Shown: positions 33,339-36,563 of the stretch, piece after piece
Layout: each line of letters opens with the position of its first letter
Numbering within the stretch: the first letter of the stretch is position 1
NCBI GenBank assembly: GCA_964632115.1
Contig: CAZWEB010000001.1
Span: 1 to 36,563, forward strand
Direction: 5' to 3'
Origin: Candidatus Woesearchaeota archaeon
GTDB taxonomy: Archaea; Nanobdellota; Nanobdellia; Pacearchaeales; GW2011-AR1
Length of the DNA: 36,563 nucleotides
Notes under the pieces: model-generated
Told to the model about the DNA's origin: nothing
Database searches by the model: none
What the model saw: the letters and a program-made list of their open reading frames with translations, nothing else
Position numbers and translations under genes: made by a program

Positions 33339-33914
33339 ATGAAAAAATTAAAAGCAAGTGAAACTGAAAAAAATCTTCTAAAAGCATTTGCCGGCGAGTC
33401 ACAAGCCAGAAACAGATACACTTATTTTGCATCTGTTGCAAAAAAAGAAGGTTTTGAGCAAATTTCAGAAATTTTTCTTGAGACAGCTGAAAATGAAAAA
33501 GAACATGCAAAAGTATTTTTTCAATATCTTCAAGGCGGAGATTGCGAAATAGTGGCTTCTTATCCTGCTGGAAAAATAGGAAACACCCAAGAAAATCTAT
33601 TGGCAGCAGCAAATGGCGAGAAACTTGAATGGGGTAAGTTGTACCCTGAATTTGAGCAAGTAGCGCGAAGCGAAGGATTTTCTGAAATAGCAACAAGTTT
33701 CAAGGAGATAGCAGAAGTTGAAGAACAACATGAAAAAAGATACTGCAAGCTACTTGAAAATATTAAGAAAAATTCTGTTTTCAAAAAAGATAAAATAGTA
33801 AAATGGAAATGCAGAAACTGCGGTTATGTTCACGAGGGCAAAGATGCTCCTCTTGTATGCCCTGCCTGCAAACATCCTCAGGCATATTACGAATTGCTTG
33901 CTGAAAATTACTGA
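33339..33914 (+). CDS. rbr: rubrerythrin
   Basis: A ferritin-like domain (NLLKAFAGESQARNRYTYFA...EKEHA...EEQHEKRY) is followed by a C-terminal rubredoxin-like CRNCG...CPACKHP. Confidence 0.95.
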   Translation: MKKLKASETEKNLLKAFAGESQARNRYTYFASVAKKEGFEQISEIFLETAENEKEHAKVFFQYLQGGDCEIVASYPAGKIGNTQENLLAAANGEKLEWGKLYPEFEQVARSEGFSEIATSFKEIAEVEEQHEKRYCKLLENIKKNSVFKKDKIVKWKCRNCGYVHEGKDAPLVCPACKHPQAYYELLAENY

Positions 33915-34236
33915 ATTTCTAGAAAAATCCCCTTAAAACTAGCAAAATTTCTTGAAAATTAAAATTTCAAACATATGTTCTGTATAAACAAAAAGTTTAT
34001 AAAGAAATAGTTACTCTGTTTTTTGTTAATTTCATATTAATTGATTCATCTCGGGGGATTTGAATCAATTTATTTCGGGGGAATTAATCAAGGTGGTGTA
34101 ATTTCTTATTAATTGTAGTCGTTAATGTATAGCACAATCTTTTTTCTTAAAAAATAAAAGCATAAAGACTATTTAAATGTTTCGCAAATTTTTCAAAAAA
34201 TAGTCATTATGCAAAAAAGTAAAAACAAAAAACTGT

Positions 34237-34243
34237 AAGGAGG
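34237..34243 (+). promoter_or_regulatory. Shine-Dalgarno sequence for ftsZ
   Basis: AAGGAGG lies 6 nt upstream of ATG 34250. Confidence 0.6.
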
Positions 34244-34249
34244 TAAAAA

Positions 34250-35326
34250 ATGGTATTAGATTTTGCAAAAGAAGCAATAGAGAATTCATCAACTCATGGA
34301 ATAAATTTTGACGAACTTAAAGCAGGAAAAGCAAATATTAAGGTTGTTGGCTGCGGTGGAGCTGGCTGTAATGCTGTTACATGGCTTTTTAATAAAGGTA
34401 TTAATGGAGCTACTGTCTATGGCACTAATACAGATGCTCTTCATCTAAGCATAACTAAAGCAGATGACAAAATTCTTATAGGAAAAGAATTAACTCGCGG
34501 ACTTGGATGTGGCGGATATCCTCAAAAAGGAAGAGAAGCTGCAAAAGAGTCTTTAATGGAACTTAAGAAAGCTGTGAGTGGCGCAGATATGGTCTTTGTA
34601 CTTGCAGGAATGGGCGGTGGAACCGGAACAGGAGCAGCACCAGTAATTGCTCAGATAGCAAAAGAATCAAGAGCAGTTGTAATTGGTGTTGTAACAATGC
34701 CTTTTGAATGTGAAAAAGCAAGAATAGACAAAGCTGAATTTGGACTTCAAGAACTAAGAGATGTCACAGACACTGTTATTGTTATTGACAACAACAGACT
34801 AGTTGACATAGCAGGAAACCTGCCAATAGAACAGGCATTTGCAGTAGCTAATGAACTTATAAGCACAATGATTAAAGGTATTGTTGAAACAATCACCTTA
34901 CCAAGTTTAATCAACCTGGACTATGCAGATGTATCAGCAATAATGAAATCAGGAGATGTTGCTGTTATTGGTATTGGAGAAAGCGACACAAAAGACAGAG
35001 TTAACGAAGCAGTTAAGCAGGCTTTGACTCATCCTCTTCTAGAGGTTGATTACAAAGATGCTACAGGCGCTTTAATTCATATAACAGGTGGTCCTGACAT
35101 GAAACTTGACGAATTCAGCAGCGTGGGGCATTTGGTAACAGAAAACCTAAGCCCAGAAGCACAAGTTATTATTGGAGCAAGAATCAACAAAGAATTTGAA
35201 GGCAAGGTAAGAGTTATAACAATTATAACAGGAGTCAAAAGCCCATATATACTTGGCAAAACAAGAGAATCTGAGCATGAATCACGCAGCGAAATGTCTG
35301 AATTAGGGATAGAAATGTTTAGATAA
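34250..35326 (+). CDS. ftsZ: cell division protein FtsZ
   Basis: Contains the GCGGAGCNAV and GMGGGTGTGAAPVIAQIAKE tubulin signature motifs. Confidence 0.95.
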   Translation: MVLDFAKEAIENSSTHGINFDELKAGKANIKVVGCGGAGCNAVTWLFNKGINGATVYGTNTDALHLSITKADDKILIGKELTRGLGCGGYPQKGREAAKESLMELKKAVSGADMVFVLAGMGGGTGTGAAPVIAQIAKESRAVVIGVVTMPFECEKARIDKAEFGLQELRDVTDTVIVIDNNRLVDIAGNLPIEQAFAVANELISTMIKGIVETITLPSLINLDYADVSAIMKSGDVAVIGIGESDTKDRVNEAVKQALTHPLLEVDYKDATGALIHITGGPDMKLDEFSSVGHLVTENLSPEAQVIIGARINKEFEGKVRVITIITGVKSPYILGKTRESEHESRSEMSELGIEMFR

Positions 35327-35367
35327 ATCAATAAAACAAATCATAATTTCCCTTAGTCTTTTACTTC

Positions 35368-35398
35368 TGCAGGGGAGAAATCCCCTGCAATTTTTTTT
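35368..35398 (+). terminator. hairpin plus T8 tract downstream of ftsZ
   Basis: A 9-bp stem TGCAGGGGA-GAAA-TCCCCTGCA is followed by A and TTTTTTTT. Confidence 0.6.
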
Positions 35399-35474
35399 AT
35401 ATAATAAAAAATTGCAGATTAGATTTTATCCTCTTTTTGCATACCTTTATAAGTCATTATTTCTCTTGTTTTTT

Positions 35475-35750
35475 ATGAAATTAAACATAGATAAAGAAAA
35501 TTTAGAAAAAGCATTAAACTCAGATAACAGAGAATCTGATAATAACAACAAAGAAGATGAATCAGATAAAACTCCAAGAATAGAAATGTCTAAAGAAGAA
35601 GAAATAGGGTTTCACAAAGGAGCTTTGAGCACTCTGGCTGCAGAAAGAAACGAGATTTTTAAGATGATTCAGAATGTTGAGGCAATAATGCAGGCCCATA
35701 TCAAAAGACTTGAAGAACTTGGCGTCAAATTAGAAGTTAAAAAGAAATAA
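35475..35750 (+). CDS. hypothetical coiled-coil protein (91 aa)
   Basis: The start is set at MKLNIDKEN (35475) because TTTATAAG (35446-35453) ends 22 nt upstream. The longer 35412 start would include the promoter. Confidence 0.5.
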   Translation: MKLNIDKENLEKALNSDNRESDNNNKEDESDKTPRIEMSKEEEIGFHKGALSTLAAERNEIFKMIQNVEAIMQAHIKRLEELGVKLEVKKK

Positions 35751-35770
35751 AATTCTGGATTTTTAAGTTT

Positions 35771-36337
35771 TTATCTCGCCACAACATTATCTTTTGGCTT
35801 CATGTATTTGTTTTTCCACTTGTCAAAATATAAAACAGAATCTAAATTAGGTTTTTTTCTCTGCTTCATTACATGCTTATCATATGCATATCCAACAGGA
35901 AGCAGAGCTTCTGGCTCAATTCCTTCTGGAGGAAAATCTAAAATTCTTTTTACTGTTTCATCTGAAAAAGCACCAACCCAGCAACTTGCCAAACCCATGC
36001 TCTGAATTTTTAAAAGAAAATTTTCAATAGCAGCCCCTGCCTGCTGCAAACAATATTTTTCTCCTCTTGCACCATAACTTAATGCACAATCTTTTTTGTC
36101 AGTGCAAACAACAACAACATAATCAACATTCTCAAAAAATCTTTGCTGACAAGCCACAGCAAGCTCTTTAATTTTATCTTTATCAGAAACAAGAATAAAT
36201 TTCACAGTAGAAATATTTCCAGCAAGAGGAGCAAGCCTTGCAAAATCAATTGCCTCAATTATCTTGCGATAATCTGGTTTTTTGCTCTTGAACTTTCTGC
36301 ATGAGCCTCTTTCTTTAATGCATTTGTCAACATCCAT
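35771..36337 (-). CDS. nitroreductase-family protein
   Basis: MDVDKCIKERGSCRKFKSKKPDYRKIIEAIDFARLAPLAGNISTVKFILV fits the nitroreductase N-terminal pattern. The start is trimmed to ATG 36337 because the longer ORF overlaps tRNA-Asn. Confidence 0.75.
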   Translation of the reverse strand: MDVDKCIKERGSCRKFKSKKPDYRKIIEAIDFARLAPLAGNISTVKFILVSDKDKIKELAVACQQRFFENVDYVVVVCTDKKDCALSYGARGEKYCLQQAGAAIENFLLKIQSMGLASCWVGAFSDETVKRILDFPPEGIEPEALLPVGYAYDKHVMKQRKKPNLDSVLYFDKWKNKYMKPKDNVVAR

Positions 36338-36385
36338 GAATAAAAGAAAGCAAGAGGGTATAAAAATCTTTTGAGAAATATAAAA

Positions 36386-36458
36386 CGTCCCGGGCTGGAC
36401 TCGAACCAACGACCCCATGGTTAACAGCCATGTGCTCTACCTGCTGAGCTACCGGGAC
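36386..36458 (-). tRNA. tRNA-Asn (anticodon GUU), no intron
   Basis: Acceptor GTCCCGG/CCGGGAC, D arm GCTC-AGCAGGTA-GAGC, anticodon arm CATGG-CTGTTAA-CCATG, T arm GTTGG-TTCGAGT-CCAGC, discriminator G. Confidence 0.9.
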
Positions 36459-36563
36459 ATCAAAATATCAAGAATTAGGTGTTTTAAAAGTTTATTCTTT
36501 TTGTTTTTCCTACTCTCTCAGCCCCAAATCCTCATCAAAACCTTTTTGTTTTGATTTTGCTCT

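Noticed and set aside
35412-35474. Upstream TTG/ATG-extended start (MQIRFYPLFAYLYKSLFLLFF) for ORF 35412..35750
   Set aside because: The extension would translate through the TATA box TTTATAAG (35446-35453) and is hydrophobic junk. ATG 35475 obeys the -22 rule.
36338-36418. N-terminal 27 codons of the 215-aa ORF 35771..36418
   Set aside because: This part overlaps tRNA-Asn (36386-36458). The nitroreductase homology starts at the internal Met (MDVDKCIKERGSCRKF), so the start was trimmed to 36337.
36510-36563. Possible 3' end of a minus-strand CDS (...RAKSKQKGFDEDLGLRE*), and a UGAUGA...CUGA pair resembling C/D boxes on the minus strand
   Set aside because: With only 17 codons in the window, the CDS cannot be assessed. 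The box pair is only 10 nt apart, and no C'/D' pair or terminal stem is visible, so a C/D sRNA call is not supportable.
1-36563. Scan for CRISPR arrays, transposases, integrases, rRNA and known defence modules
   Set aside because: I found no regularly spaced direct repeats of 24-40 bp, no DDE or tyrosine/serine recombinase motifs, and no rRNA-like GC-rich stretches. The only repeats are the short intergenic families reported above.

Overview
The window is AT-rich (about one-third G+C by eye) and densely packed. It is clearly archaeal: it encodes ribosomal protein L15e, GatD/GatE, archaeal-type ProRS and AspRS, a TrmB regulator, FtsZ plus a MinD-like ATPase, and tRNA genes with bulge-helix-bulge (BHB) introns. 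Small proteins, many lineage-specific ORFs and split or trimmed housekeeping genes suggest a reduced DPANN-like archaeon, but that placement is inference only.

The content is dominated by translation functions:
- MetRS core plus a detached tRNA-binding domain, ProRS and AspRS.
- Both amidotransferases, GatDE and GatCAB, within about 11 kb.
- Taw3, endonuclease V, and four tRNA genes: Gly-CCC, Ile-GAU, Arg-UCG and Asn-GUU.
- The rest is transporters, an FtsZ/MinD pair, rubrerythrin, a nitroreductase, two metallophosphoesterases and about 15 hypothetical ORFs.

I saw no CRISPR array, transposase, integrase, rRNA or recognisable defence system.

The observations most worth a second look:
1. A tRNA-Ile gene that only folds after two separate BHB introns are removed.
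2. A MetRS split from its tRNA-binding domain by a 461-aa, weakly kinase-like unknown gene.
3. A GatE that appears to lack the AspRS-like insertion domain, sitting in a clustered GatB/GatD/GatE/AspRS/GatC/GatA neighbourhood with unknown ORFs embedded.
4. A ProRS with a roughly 95-aa basic N-terminal extension.
5. A membrane-anchored protein with a RelE/ParE-like C-terminus.
6. Two families of dispersed intergenic repeats.
7. A very regular TATA-N21/22-ATG leaderless promoter layout, contrasted with a few Shine-Dalgarno-led genes such as ftsZ, which has a long structured leader.

All family assignments come from motif recognition by eye; no searches were run.
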